Below are positions 31,074 through 41,597 of a stretch of 64,000 nucleotides of DNA, piece by piece. Position numbers and translations under genes: made by a program. The notes under the pieces were generated by a model. The model searched no databases. It was not told where the DNA came from and was given only the letters and a program-made list of their open reading frames with translations. The stretch is from Bdellovibrionales bacterium (GTDB lineage Bacteria; Bdellovibrionota; Bdellovibrionia; Bdellovibrionales; UBA1609). Where the stretch lies: assembly GCA_965199825.1 (NCBI GenBank), contig OZ241329.1:288001-352000 (forward strand), written 5' to 3'. Each line of letters begins with the position of its first letter. Position 1 is the stretch's first letter.

Positions 31074-33273
31074 GGTCAATCTCAATTGGTATTCACGGTT
31101 CGCCAATCAGGATTATAGTCCGAGCGATTATTTTTGGACGTGGTTCAATCTCGACTCAAAAACCTACCCAAAAATTATTCATAAGCTTTCGTTTCCTCTG
31201 CGAGAGATCAATCGGATCTTAAGCGAGAATCCCTCTGTTCAGCTCGAGCTTCTCGATCATCTGCAAGAGATCGAAAAAAGTTTGATCGATCTTGCTCAAT
31301 TTAAAAATTCGCACCCGATTCCTTTGACCTTAAAGTCTGCAAAACAAATTTTGGATGATTTTTATTTATGTCAAAATCAACCTGAAAAACAAAAGAGTTT
31401 GTTTTATCAGCTGATCCATAAGCTCCAAATCGAGAGTGCCCAAGATCAAAAGCTTACCGTCTTCCATCTGATTTTTGGAAGCTACCGACATCTAGAGGTA
31501 GCCCTCGAAAAATTAGCCCAACTTGAACATCCGGATTGGGCTCATCAACAAATTAAGAATTTATCTGTACAATATAGAGAACTGATTTTTCCTCAGACCA
31601 CACCCGCTCTCCAACTTTTACATAAGATGCGAACCGATCTCCCTGATGACGAGGCCGAGTATTTGGGTTGGATCTTATTGCAAGGCCCTGAAGAGTATCC
31701 CGATATTTTGGCAAAAATTCCTTTGGCACTTTTTTATCAACAGAAAAAAGGTTTTTGGAGTCATCCCGAAGGGCTTCCCACCTTTGGCGCATTGATGGTC
31801 AAAATGGCAAACTCAGGACAGAACTTACCCACAGAAAATGGGAATCAGGTTTGTCACTCATTGCGCGTGCTACTTGCAGCTTCTCGAAACTTAAGATTTC
31901 CGTTCCCGCCCAACTTTTTTTCATCTTTATTTTCACTCAATGAATTGGGTCAAAGTCGCTTAAGTGAAATTATCGTGGGAGAAGAAACAAGTAATATTGA
32001 TTTTGAATTTTCTGACGAAAGCAATTTTTCTCAAATCTTTTCAACCCAATTAAAGGCTTTATTTTTGTTTCGGCAGAGTTTCCTTAAACAAGAGCTTCCG
32101 CTTTATGAAGAGCTCTTTGAATCGCAGCACAAAGATGAACTGGTGTTTCCAAAGATTACCGACAACAGCATCAATATTATTGGTTACGCTCTCAACGATC
32201 TTGGTATTGGTGAAGATTGCAGGGCTTTGTATCACGCGCTAAATGACGGTAAAAACAATGTGAGGCTCATCGCCTTAAAACCGGCAGGTCGAAATTTTGA
32301 TGCATTTCCTCAACTCAATAAACACTTGAGCCAAGAATTAAAAGGCAAGATCAATATTTTTTGTATGCCGCTCGTTGATTTCATGACCCAGAAATTAAAA
32401 TTTGGAAATCGCATTCTTGATGGCCATTACAATATTTGTTTTGCCCCTTGGGAATTTGATGAATGGCCCAAGGATTATGATTTTTGTGTCAAGGGACTAC
32501 AAGAAATTTGGGGAATTTCAAATTTTGTCACCAAGGCTTACGAACGATTTGATATCAAAGTCTTGAGCATGCCAAATATCGTTTTAAAAGGCGAAACCGC
32601 ACAATTGAGTCGAACCGATTTTGGGCTCGACCCCTCGGCCTTTACATTTATGTTCTGCTTTGATTTTAATTCCTCGATCAAACGTAAAAACCCATTTGGT
32701 GTGATCAAAGCTTTTCAACTGGCATTCCCGCAAAACGAGACCCATGTTCAACTGGTGATTAAAACTATGGGTGGACCTGGATATGACAAGCAGCGGAAAC
32801 ATTTATATCAACTCGCTGAGCAAGATCCGCGAATCCATTTGATTCACGATCAGCTTGAACGCGCCGCTTTTAATTCTTTGATTTCGTTGAGCGATTGCTT
32901 TGTTTCGCTCCACCGCTGCGAAGGTTTTGGTCGAGCATTGGCAGAAGCGATGCTGTTTGATAAGCCGGTGATTGCCACAGATTATTCGGGCTCAAGCGAA
33001 TTTCTTAATTCTCAAACCGGATTTCCGGTGAGTTATCAACTGACCGCAGTTTTGCCAGAGGAATATCCAATGGCCGAAGGTTTATTCTGGGCTGAACCTA
33101 ATTTGGACTGTGCTGCTAGACAAATGCGCGAGGTCAGGCAAAACTCTGAGCGTGCAAGAGACATTGCTCAGCAAGGTCATCGATTTATTACACAAAATCA
33201 TGGGGCCGATACCGCTCGCAAGAAACTACAAAATCGAATCAACGCGATATTTCAAGAAATGGTGATCAAATGA
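31066..33273 (+). CDS. Glycosyltransferase (C-terminal GT4) with a long N-terminal domain; start uncertain (ATT 31066 or TTG 31282)
   Basis: GIGE, WE, RKNP, SLHRCEGFG and WAEP motifs; the frame is open back to 31027. Confidence 0.85.
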   Translation: MSEVNLNWYSRFANQDYSPSDYFWTWFNLDSKTYPKIIHKLSFPLREINRILSENPSVQLELLDHLQEIEKSLIDLAQFKNSHPIPLTLKSAKQILDDFYLCQNQPEKQKSLFYQLIHKLQIESAQDQKLTVFHLIFGSYRHLEVALEKLAQLEHPDWAHQQIKNLSVQYRELIFPQTTPALQLLHKMRTDLPDDEAEYLGWILLQGPEEYPDILAKIPLALFYQQKKGFWSHPEGLPTFGALMVKMANSGQNLPTENGNQVCHSLRVLLAASRNLRFPFPPNFFSSLFSLNELGQSRLSEIIVGEETSNIDFEFSDESNFSQIFSTQLKALFLFRQSFLKQELPLYEELFESQHKDELVFPKITDNSINIIGYALNDLGIGEDCRALYHALNDGKNNVRLIALKPAGRNFDAFPQLNKHLSQELKGKINIFCMPLVDFMTQKLKFGNRILDGHYNICFAPWEFDEWPKDYDFCVKGLQEIWGISNFVTKAYERFDIKVLSMPNIVLKGETAQLSRTDFGLDPSAFTFMFCFDFNSSIKRKNPFGVIKAFQLAFPQNETHVQLVIKTMGGPGYDKQRKHLYQLAEQDPRIHLIHDQLERAAFNSLISLSDCFVSLHRCEGFGRALAEAMLFDKPVIATDYSGSSEFLNSQTGFPVSYQLTAVLPEEYPMAEGLFWAEPNLDCAARQMREVRQNSERARDIAQQGHRFITQNHGADTARKKLQNRINAIFQEMVIK

Positions 33274-34289
33274 ATAAAATATTTTTTACCTCTTCCGCAG
33301 CCAATTACTTTCCAAAAGTAAAACTTCTTTTTGATTCACTTCGCAAATATCAACCCGATTGCACTCTGGTCTGGTTGGTGGCCGAAAAAAAACGTGAGGA
33401 TGCCCAAAAATTAGCAGAGCTCAACCGATACGAAATTCTTTTTGCCGATGATCTTGAAGTGGGCAAACAGTCGGCTTGGCTTTTTGGAATGAATATTGTC
33501 GAATTGGCAACCGCACTCAAACCGTTTGCGGCCCAGGTGCTGCTTGAAAAGTATAATTCTACCGGAGTCATCTATCTTGATCCAGATATTGTGACCTTTC
33601 GAAATCTGGATGAGTTGTCACAGGGTTTTGAGACCTATGATGTTATTTTGACCCCTCATTTGAACAAGCCCGAGACCGATCCAAAATTGGTTTTAGACAA
33701 TGAGCTTTGTGCACTTAAACACGGCGTATTTAATCTCGGATTTTTTGGAGTTAAAAATTCGTTTGAAGGTTTAAGGTTTTTGAGTTGGTGGCAAGAGCGG
33801 GTCTATAAATTTTGTTTTACTGATCTTGCCTCAGGAGTGTTTACCGACCAAAAGTGGATTAACTTTGCGCCCATTTTTTTTGAAAATGTTTGGATCAATC
33901 GCGATCCAACCTTGAACGTTGCGCCATGGAATTTAGGTCAGCGACACTTCAGCGGCGGCATGAAAGAGGGCTATCAAGTCGACGGCAAACCACTTGGTTT
34001 TTATCACTTTACCGGATTCGACAGTGGGGCCCATCTGATTGCGGCAGCCCCTTACCTCACAACCAATCCTTCGCTAAAAAGTTTGGTGACCTGGTATCAA
34101 GAAAAATCTTCTAACTCCGGCAGCACCAAAATCGATCCGCGCTGGGGGCTTGGATTTTACTCAAGTGGTGAAAAAATAAATGATGATGAGCGAAAGATTT
34201 TTCGCGAAACCGCGGAGCTACAAAAAAATTATTCAAACCCCTATGAGGCACGCCCTCATATCCTGGCGCTAAAGGAATCCGTGGTTTAA
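33270..34289 (+). CDS. GT-A glycosyltransferase
   Basis: ELATALKP, YLDPDI, LTPH, GVFNLGF, DQKW, NVAPWN and FYHF motifs. Confidence 0.82.
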   Translation: MNKIFFTSSAANYFPKVKLLFDSLRKYQPDCTLVWLVAEKKREDAQKLAELNRYEILFADDLEVGKQSAWLFGMNIVELATALKPFAAQVLLEKYNSTGVIYLDPDIVTFRNLDELSQGFETYDVILTPHLNKPETDPKLVLDNELCALKHGVFNLGFFGVKNSFEGLRFLSWWQERVYKFCFTDLASGVFTDQKWINFAPIFFENVWINRDPTLNVAPWNLGQRHFSGGMKEGYQVDGKPLGFYHFTGFDSGAHLIAAAPYLTTNPSLKSLVTWYQEKSSNSGSTKIDPRWGLGFYSSGEKINDDERKIFRETAELQKNYSNPYEARPHILALKESVV

Positions 34290-34292
34290 TTC

Positions 34293-35462
34293 ATGGCAGT
34301 TTTGCATATCGGTCACTCCTGGGGAGGTGGACTCAACCGTTGGGTTGACGATTTTATGACCGCAGATGAACGCCAAAGTTTTCTTTTAACTTCCTCAGGA
34401 AGTCTTGCAAGCTATAGCCTCAATTTTATTATCAAAGATAAATATGGTTTGAATATTCAGAGTCTTACCCCAAAAGACCCGATCCACCGGGCGCAACTGA
34501 CCTCGCCCGAGCTTTACCAATGGACCCTCGACTTTATTAAAAAATCAAATGTCGACACCGTGATCTACTCTGCACCCTTTGGGTTTTCATTAAATCTGCT
34601 TCATTTGCCGGTTAAAAAAATTATTGTGCTGCATGATTTTTCTTACGTGTGCGCAGGAACCTACGGTTATTTCAACAAGCCGTGTGTGAAATGCACCTCT
34701 TCTGATCTTAAAACTTGTATCGAGACCAATCCGGGCGCCTCATTGTACTCCGGCGTTAGCTATGAAGACTTCAAGCAGATGCGAGAATTTTTTGTTCAGA
34801 ATCTTTCAGACGTTGTATTGGTTGCTCCATCAACTTCTGCAGCTGAGAGAATCAATATGATCGAAAATCGATTGCTCAACCAAAAGATCAATATCGTCCC
34901 ACACGGATTGAGCCTTCAATTTGAAGATTGTTTTGGTCAAGCCCTGCCCGATCGCAAACTTAAAATTGCGGTGATGGGATCCTACTATTGGCATAAAGGA
35001 TGGGGACTGTTCGATCAGATTCACGAACAATTTAAAGATAGAATTGATTTCTATGCTCTGGGTTGTGGACCACTGGGTCAAGATAAGCTGAAGACCCAGT
35101 GTGTGGATTTGGTGGTCGAATATAAAAATAATGAGCTCCCCGGAATTTTAAAAAAAATAAAACCCGATGCAGGACTTCTGATTTCCCTCGTGCCCGAAAC
35201 TTTTTCTTACACCTACTCTGAACTGTCGGCGGCCCGTATTCCGGTGATTGCCTCGCGTTTAGGTGCCTTGCCTGAGCGCATGGTTGCGGGCACAGGATTC
35301 CTGGTTGAACCTACGGTAGAGTCGATTGCTCAATGTCTTAACGATGTGCTTCAAGATCGATCTTTACTGATCAGCGCTTATCACAATCTCAAAACCCAAA
35401 CTGCGCACTCGGTAAAACAAATGGTAAAAAATTATATAAATTTGCTAGATCCCCAACCTTAA
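34293..35462 (+). CDS. GT4-like glycosyltransferase
   Basis: H..GGG, LHDF, PHG and PETFSYT.SE motifs. Confidence 0.85.
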   Translation: MAVLHIGHSWGGGLNRWVDDFMTADERQSFLLTSSGSLASYSLNFIIKDKYGLNIQSLTPKDPIHRAQLTSPELYQWTLDFIKKSNVDTVIYSAPFGFSLNLLHLPVKKIIVLHDFSYVCAGTYGYFNKPCVKCTSSDLKTCIETNPGASLYSGVSYEDFKQMREFFVQNLSDVVLVAPSTSAAERINMIENRLLNQKINIVPHGLSLQFEDCFGQALPDRKLKIAVMGSYYWHKGWGLFDQIHEQFKDRIDFYALGCGPLGQDKLKTQCVDLVVEYKNNELPGILKKIKPDAGLLISLVPETFSYTYSELSAARIPVIASRLGALPERMVAGTGFLVEPTVESIAQCLNDVLQDRSLLISAYHNLKTQTAHSVKQMVKNYINLLDPQP

Positions 35463-35522
35463 AAGGTTGATACGAGAGACATGAGAGATAAAACAACTGT
35501 CCAATTTTGATAGCTCAAAAAT

Positions 35523-35597
35523 GTGAACCATCAAAAGCGCATCTTCGCAGTCATTCCCTGTTATCGTGTGCGAGATCAAATCATAAACGAGCATTGA
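35523..35597 (+). pseudogene. Orphan N-terminus of a GT2 glycosyltransferase (remainder at 41598-42297)
   Basis: GTG-started frame MNHQKRIFAVIPCYRVRDQIINEH*, a typical GT2 first strand (VIPCY). Confidence 0.65.
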
Positions 35598-36418
35598 TTT
35601 AGACGACCATATGTGGAGTCTTTAAAACATGAACTATTTAGTCCTCAATTTGTTTGGCCGGTCGTTCCTATACTTGAGGTCTGCACACAAAAAAATTAGC
35701 AATACGGTTGAATTTTGATAGTCCATCGCACAACGCTGAGGCAGATAGGCAATGGTTGCGATTCCGTCGATGATTTAAAAATAATGTTTGCGCGTGGGTT
35801 TAGTATTCAGTTTTTTAGCCTCAATCATTTGCCCGTAATCGAATTCATTTTCAATAGCGTTAACTCTCCAAAGGTATCATCATTTAATCCTCAAGAAAAT
35901 TCTAAGCAATAGATCTCGGTAATGGGTTCTGGGGATGTTTCAAGCTTTTGTTTTTAAGATCACCCCCTACTGTTTTAATGTACATTCAAAGTGGTTAGCA
36001 AAAATTTCGATCTTGTATTTATTTCTGAGCGATGACCAGTGACTGGAAAAGGCCACATATGTCGGAGTATTTCACTTATTTCTAGATTAATTTTATTTCT
36101 TATCAGTGACGAAATTTACACCAATGAAATTTATTTTTTATTACAACCATTCGAGTGTATTAGCCGCTACTCTAAAATTAATATGGTCCTGCAAAATAGA
36201 ATCTAAACAATAAACTCAGTGCCAAGTGGTTTTCGATGTGGAATTATTCATAGCACTTGTGCTGGAAATATTTTCTTCTCTATTTTTGCATCCCGCTTTG
36301 ATTCCTTCGATACGGGCTCGACTAGGCGTGACGCCTAGGTGCAGAGAAAGCGGTTGCGCTGATAAAAAAATGTAACATCAAACAGATTTTATTTGATTCG
36401 TTTTTATTCTGTGGATTT

Positions 36419-37843
36419 TTGATTTTCTTTTCGATGCCGCTCGTGACCACTTTTGATTCGGCAGGGTATCATAGGTACGCGCGTATTTTATTTGGCGAAG
36501 ATCCCTGGGAAACCTGGGATTTTTTTAGAGGAATAACGGTCCCGCTTTTTACTGGTTTATCGCAACGACTTTTTGGTTACTCCTCACAAGGATTAGTGTT
36601 GGCGCTATTTATTGTGGGTGTTCTGACCTTAAAATCATTTGCTATGCTTTCCAAGAAAATCACGATGCCCGCCGTTACTGCCTTGACCATTTGCTATTTT
36701 TGTATTGATCCCATTATTCAAGGATATTTTCACGTGTTATTGCCTGAACCGCTTACGGTTCCGCTTTTACTTTTGCTAAGCTCGATGTGGTTAAATCCCA
36801 ACCCGGATAGATTTACTTTGATCGCAACGCCATTTCTCCTGGTATTGCTTTACCAAATTAAAGAACCGCAAATTCTTGTTGGAGTTGGATTCTTGGGGCT
36901 TATTTTACTCAAGCATCTTGCAGAGCGTGATAAGCGCAAGACGGCACAAATTCTTTGCATGTTTGGCGCTTTTTTCATGCTTAACAAAATAGTGAATAAA
37001 ACTTTGATTTACAAAGTTGGTCACGGTTCACTCTTTGGCAACGTGCACATTCTCAACAATGGAATTGGTTTTGCCGGGCTTAGTGGCAATATGTTCGGCG
37101 ACACGGTTGTGCGCGACTACAATTTGCTACAAAAGGTGGAGTCAACCAAACCTTTATCTGGATCTATCAGACGATGTTCGATTGAGTCTGGTAACACAGT
37201 GTTTTATTTTTTAAGTAATGGCGAAATTATTCAGTGTCTTGCTCCAACAACTCTTTTAGAAGCTATTCGCTTACGCGGTTTTTTCACATACTCCTACCCA
37301 CTTGCGACTATAAAATCTTTTGTCTTAAATTTTTTGGAAATTATTCGTGTTCTTCCGAATCGTTTTGATGAGATCAAGACCGTGGGCAATTTTGCTTTCA
37401 ACGCGTCAGATACCAATTCCAATGTTAGCTCAATTCCAAAAGATTATATTTTTCATGACGCCTTCACAAGTTATGTAAAGCCCTACCGTGTGGACTCCTC
37501 GAACCCGGTAGGCTATATGGCAAAAATCGACTCGTATTTGTGGCCGTTGGCCCAATTTGTTTACCCGCTAAGCTTTGTATTGATGTTGATCTGGATCGTG
37601 CTTGTGTCGATCCAAAAAGATCGTAAATCAAATTTGTTTTTTCTAGCTCTGAGCAATTTGCTCTATCTTGCGTTCAATGCATTTTTAGGATTGGTTGATG
37701 ATCGTTATGGATTTATTTGTTATCCTTTAGCATTAATCTTTGCAGTCGATTGCGTGTCTAAACAGATTCCTGCACTATACGGACGGAGTTGGCCATCACG
37801 ATATAAGTCGTCGGCGTCCCCGGAACACTTGTTAAAACACTAG
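36419..37843 (+). CDS. Multi-TM membrane protein, possible GT-C glycosyltransferase
   Basis: DSAGY motif after the first TM helix, LPE, many TM helices, periplasmic domain; the frame is open ~29 codons further upstream. Confidence 0.65.
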   Translation: MIFFSMPLVTTFDSAGYHRYARILFGEDPWETWDFFRGITVPLFTGLSQRLFGYSSQGLVLALFIVGVLTLKSFAMLSKKITMPAVTALTICYFCIDPIIQGYFHVLLPEPLTVPLLLLLSSMWLNPNPDRFTLIATPFLLVLLYQIKEPQILVGVGFLGLILLKHLAERDKRKTAQILCMFGAFFMLNKIVNKTLIYKVGHGSLFGNVHILNNGIGFAGLSGNMFGDTVVRDYNLLQKVESTKPLSGSIRRCSIESGNTVFYFLSNGEIIQCLAPTTLLEAIRLRGFFTYSYPLATIKSFVLNFLEIIRVLPNRFDEIKTVGNFAFNASDTNSNVSSIPKDYIFHDAFTSYVKPYRVDSSNPVGYMAKIDSYLWPLAQFVYPLSFVLMLIWIVLVSIQKDRKSNLFFLALSNLLYLAFNAFLGLVDDRYGFICYPLALIFAVDCVSKQIPALYGRSWPSRYKSSASPEHLLKH

Positions 37844-39329
37844 TATCGACAACATGAACGTTCTTCGTGCCATAAGGACGTCCAAATTCATCAGTCTCAT
37901 AAAGTCCGGGTTTTGTTTTCATCGGAAGAGTCCCGCCGAAATGTTGACTTCGACCTGAAGGGCCCGTCTTTTTGAAAAACGGCAATGGAATGCCGCCGAG
38001 TTTCCACGCATTGCGGATTAAAGTTCTAAACGCCTCGCCAGCAACTTTTTTTGATCGCCTAGACGGGCGCCCCGTTAAGCTTGCTAATTGCTGTGTTTGA
38101 TCAGCATTGATTTTTAACCCAAGACTGCCAGAATCTTCAGAGTGAAGATAAACCATTCCAATCATCAGTCGATCAAATATCGGCTTCAGAAGTTTAAAAC
38201 CCAGATCTGCAAGCACGCCAAATGTGTGACGCAAAGATTCTAAAACAATTTCATTAAACGGATACAGTTGAAAGTGAACAAGTTGGTGGGTTCGCTTAAG
38301 GGTAGCAAGTTGGATAAAAATCTGAGCTAGAGTATTTTGTGGTGCTACCGAAGCTCCGCGCGTGCGTTTAAACGTTATAAATGGAAAATAATATTTTTGC
38401 GAATCACGAATGGTAAATTCATGGCCCGACCATCCCATGGAACGTGCCACCAAAGCTGTTGTTCCTAAAACACCTGCGCCAATAAAAACTTTGTCATAGG
38501 TTTCAGTAAAGTTTTGATGAGTGTCTATGTTTTTAAATTGAACCTCAACGCCCTGTGATTTTTCAGAATATGATAGTGCGAGAGAGTGCGGCTTGTATGA
38601 GATTTTTTTGGCGGAAATAAGTTCTTTTATTACATTGGCCGCATTGAAAATAGCATTGTAAGAGCAGCCATGCATACACATGCCACAAGAGACGCAACCT
38701 TGCGACTCATAAGAATATCGTGTGCCGCAGGCGATTTTTGCCCTCCCTACATGAATCCCTTTAAGCTTTAAAGCAGGCGCCTTTTTATTTGATTGAGTTA
38801 AAACATTTAGCCCCTGGGGCCCTAATGGATATTGAGGTTTCCCGTGAATACGAACACTGTAAAGCTCGTCAACGGCGTCATTTTCGGTTGAGACATCAAC
38901 AAAATTCTCTAGGGTTCGAAATGCATTTTTTAATCGATCACTTTTAAATGGCCAGTGAACCATATCGCGATCGGCAACTGTGCCAACATTCGCGCCCCAT
39001 ACATTGCTTAAGCCGCCAAGTGCAAAAGAAGTTAAAACTTTCGATTTCGAATCAAGCTGAATTGCACCGCCTGGTACGGTCTTGTAAACAAACCTTGACC
39101 CAAAGCACAGCTTTTCTGGAAGTTCGGAACTTGCGCCATCGTGATCTGCACGCCTTTGACGGATTTTTGCTAAGGATTCTTCAGGCGTATGTCCGGGCCG
39201 AGTTAATGATTTTAAATTGTCCTCAAGTTCGTAACCCACGTCATAAACCGTGACGTCAGCGCCTTTTTCCACCAATGCGTACGCGGCCGAAGCGCCCGCA
39301 GGCCCACTTCCAATAACTGCGACTTTCAT
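37758..39329 (-). CDS. GMC-type FAD oxidoreductase with a CxxCxxCxxxC cluster
   Basis: VIGSGPAG, GGLSNVWGA, CVSCGMCMHGC, HFGGTLPM and PT..VMAN motifs. Confidence 0.85.
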   Translation of the reverse strand: MKVAVIGSGPAGASAAYALVEKGADVTVYDVGYELEDNLKSLTRPGHTPEESLAKIRQRRADHDGASSELPEKLCFGSRFVYKTVPGGAIQLDSKSKVLTSFALGGLSNVWGANVGTVADRDMVHWPFKSDRLKNAFRTLENFVDVSTENDAVDELYSVRIHGKPQYPLGPQGLNVLTQSNKKAPALKLKGIHVGRAKIACGTRYSYESQGCVSCGMCMHGCSYNAIFNAANVIKELISAKKISYKPHSLALSYSEKSQGVEVQFKNIDTHQNFTETYDKVFIGAGVLGTTALVARSMGWSGHEFTIRDSQKYYFPFITFKRTRGASVAPQNTLAQIFIQLATLKRTHQLVHFQLYPFNEIVLESLRHTFGVLADLGFKLLKPIFDRLMIGMVYLHSEDSGSLGLKINADQTQQLASLTGRPSRRSKKVAGEAFRTLIRNAWKLGGIPLPFFKKTGPSGRSQHFGGTLPMKTKPGLYETDEFGRPYGTKNVHVVDTSVLTSVPGTPTTYIVMANSVRIVQESV

Positions 39330-40516
39330 AATTTAAACCCTTCATCCAAGTGAGTGTTGATCCATCCGGACCGTGGGAGGTCAACTTGTCGATCTAAATG
39401 CCTTTGCATACAAATATTTTGTCCTTTGCAAGGCGCGTAATCTGCAACATGGATACAAGGCGAACAATACACCTTTCTGTAATGTATTTGCTCAGGCTGA
39501 TCAAAAGGATATGGAGCAAGCCGTGTCGAAGGATCAGTTGGACCCCAGTACGACGTAATTTTTAAGCCTAAAAGACGTGCGATATGATTCAAACCCGAGT
39601 CAATCGTTAGAAGCTCTCCGACTTCGTGTAAAACAGCAACGGACTCTTTAAGGCTTAGCTTTCCAGCGACATTAATTATTTTTAAATTCGGAGCAAGTGA
39701 TAAAAACTCACGCTCGTAATTTTTAGCGCTTTCAACGTCAACCTTGCCTCCTAATAAGTAAATGGCCAATTCCTCACGGGGATATTTGTGTTCGATAATG
39801 TAAATCCATTCTTTCGCTGTAAACATCCGTTCAGGCCCAAGTTCGGAACAAAACGGTGATAGGCAAATACTTCGGCCTGTAGCTCGGAGCACGGAAAGGG
39901 GCAGTTCGGACTTGAACTGCATTCGAAACCTTCGTACACACTCGTAGCGTTGGTCGACATGCCCTCCTAATTCCTCCGCCATTTGGTCGTAGGCTTGATA
40001 TATAGGCGCAATTCCATTGTAAAAAAATGCGTGAGTCGTGAGGCCATATTGCCATCGGCTCCAGACCATAAAAAAACCAAAGCGGTTGCGGGCGCATGAC
40101 AGCAAAGAAAACACCCCCGAAAGCCTTGAGTGCAGTTCAAAATTTAAAATGCAGTCCGCGCGAAACGCAGCCAACAAACACTGCGTGGCAGTTACAACAA
40201 TCCGCCGAACCGAGGATGTTTCGAGCACGTAGATTCGATCAAAACAATTCATCACATCCGCAAAACCTTTAACCGCGGGCGTGCAAATCAAATTTAACTT
40301 TTTGTTTGGATACCTAGTTTTGATTGCGATTAACGCTGGATAGGCAGAAACGACACTTCCTCCGCCAAGGAGCTTAAAAACAAAAACGCTTTTTTGAATT
40401 TCTGAGCTGTGATCTCGCCGCAAAATTACGCCAAGAAATAAAGAAATTGGACGCAAAATTATGATCAGTAAATTCCCAAGATAGTAATCGGCCGATTTCA
40501 TTTGCTCTAAGTTCAT
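39326..40516 (-). CDS. GT9 (heptosyltransferase-like) glycosyltransferase
   Basis: AGKLSLKE, IDSGLNHIA, WGPTDP and CSPC motifs. Confidence 0.85.
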   Translation of the reverse strand: MNLEQMKSADYYLGNLLIIILRPISLFLGVILRRDHSSEIQKSVFVFKLLGGGSVVSAYPALIAIKTRYPNKKLNLICTPAVKGFADVMNCFDRIYVLETSSVRRIVVTATQCLLAAFRADCILNFELHSRLSGVFSLLSCARNRFGFFMVWSRWQYGLTTHAFFYNGIAPIYQAYDQMAEELGGHVDQRYECVRRFRMQFKSELPLSVLRATGRSICLSPFCSELGPERMFTAKEWIYIIEHKYPREELAIYLLGGKVDVESAKNYEREFLSLAPNLKIINVAGKLSLKESVAVLHEVGELLTIDSGLNHIARLLGLKITSYWGPTDPSTRLAPYPFDQPEQIHYRKVYCSPCIHVADYAPCKGQNICMQRHLDRQVDLPRSGWINTHLDEGFKL

Positions 40517-40525
40517 TAATCACTC

Positions 40526-41473
40526 TTAAAGTTTTTGCATATCACGCATACCCGCTTCAATGCTGATTATGGGTTGATAGCCTAAAAAGCGCTGCGCTTT
40601 CGCAGTATTCAATGTGCACGAGTTAATCATCATTTCAACAGGCAGTCGAGCAATGGGCGGCGCAGATCGAAGAGGCAAAAACCGCCAAGCAACCTCAATA
40701 ATACTTGCAAGAATTCTTGCAACTCTCGGTGGAATGGATTTCTTGGGAAGGTGAATTCCCTGAGTCGATGCGTAACGAGCGAGAAAATCATGGGATGAGA
40801 TAATAGGTTCACCGTCTGAAATAAAATAACATTCTCCGCCGCTGCCCTGGGTAAGGCTCAATTCAATAGCATGAACAAGATTTAGAATATGAGTTGTCGA
40901 ACCCAAAGACCTACCATGCCCAATCCAGCGAAATCGCCCATTTTGCGCCATTGCCGCAATCTTTTTTAATCGCTTATCCCCGTTGCCCCAAACTAAGCGG
41001 GGTCGCAATGCGAGAGTGACAAAGTCATCCGAATTGGCCTGGAGCACGAGCCTTTCCGCAATAGCTTTTGATCGGACATATAAAAATTTTGAATCCACGG
41101 CAAGCGGGGTCCCTTCGTCAATTTTCAGTAAATCTCTTGGCTGGAATACAACAGCTTCGGATGAAATATGTATGAAACGCTTTACCCTTGCTTCACGCGC
41201 AATTTGTAACAGATGTTTCGTACAGTCCACATTAGCATGATAAAATTGAGACTCGGAACCCCACCAATCGGTATAGGCAGCACAGTGAATTACAACATCG
41301 ATACCAGTGAGATCGTGGGCGGTTATTTCAAGAAGGTCATTTCGGTGTAGGATTTGACCGAGGACTGCATTTGTTTTGCGCCGTGAAAAACTTAAAATCT
41401 TATGGGAGGACTTTAACTTTTCGACGACAGCCGCGCCAACAAATCCTGTCGCTCCCGTTATGAAAATTTTTAA
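40526..41473 (-). CDS. NAD-dependent epimerase/dehydratase (3-beta-HSD-like); no canonical in-frame start
   Basis: The frame extends 81 codons upstream of the tracked ORF to LKIFITGATGFVG...IHCAA; also YVRSK and LRPRLVWG. Confidence 0.8.
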   Translation of the reverse strand, partial: LKIFITGATGFVGAAVVEKLKSSHKILSFSRRKTNAVLGQILHRNDLLEITAHDLTGIDVVIHCAAYTDWWGSESQFYHANVDCTKHLLQIAREARVKRFIHISSEAVVFQPRDLLKIDEGTPLAVDSKFLYVRSKAIAERLVLQANSDDFVTLALRPRLVWGNGDKRLKKIAAMAQNGRFRWIGHGRSLGSTTHILNLVHAIELSLTQGSGGECYFISDGEPIISSHDFLARYASTQGIHLPKKSIPPRVARILASIIEVAWRFLPLRSAPPIARLPVEMMINSCTLNTAKAQRFLGYQPIISIEAGMRDMQKL

Positions 41474-41597
41474 GGAGCACCCCCGACAAATGAGAAAAAA
41501 GATCCTTTAAGTCTTGTGCCATTGCAACTTGGTTTAGTCTAGTCAATCATTTAGTCGGAACATGTCAATGGGCTGGCCAAGTGCACGCTGCTGATTA

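Noticed and set aside
35600..36300. Possible degraded genes in the AT-rich gap
   Set aside because: Only short frames with no identifiable motifs.
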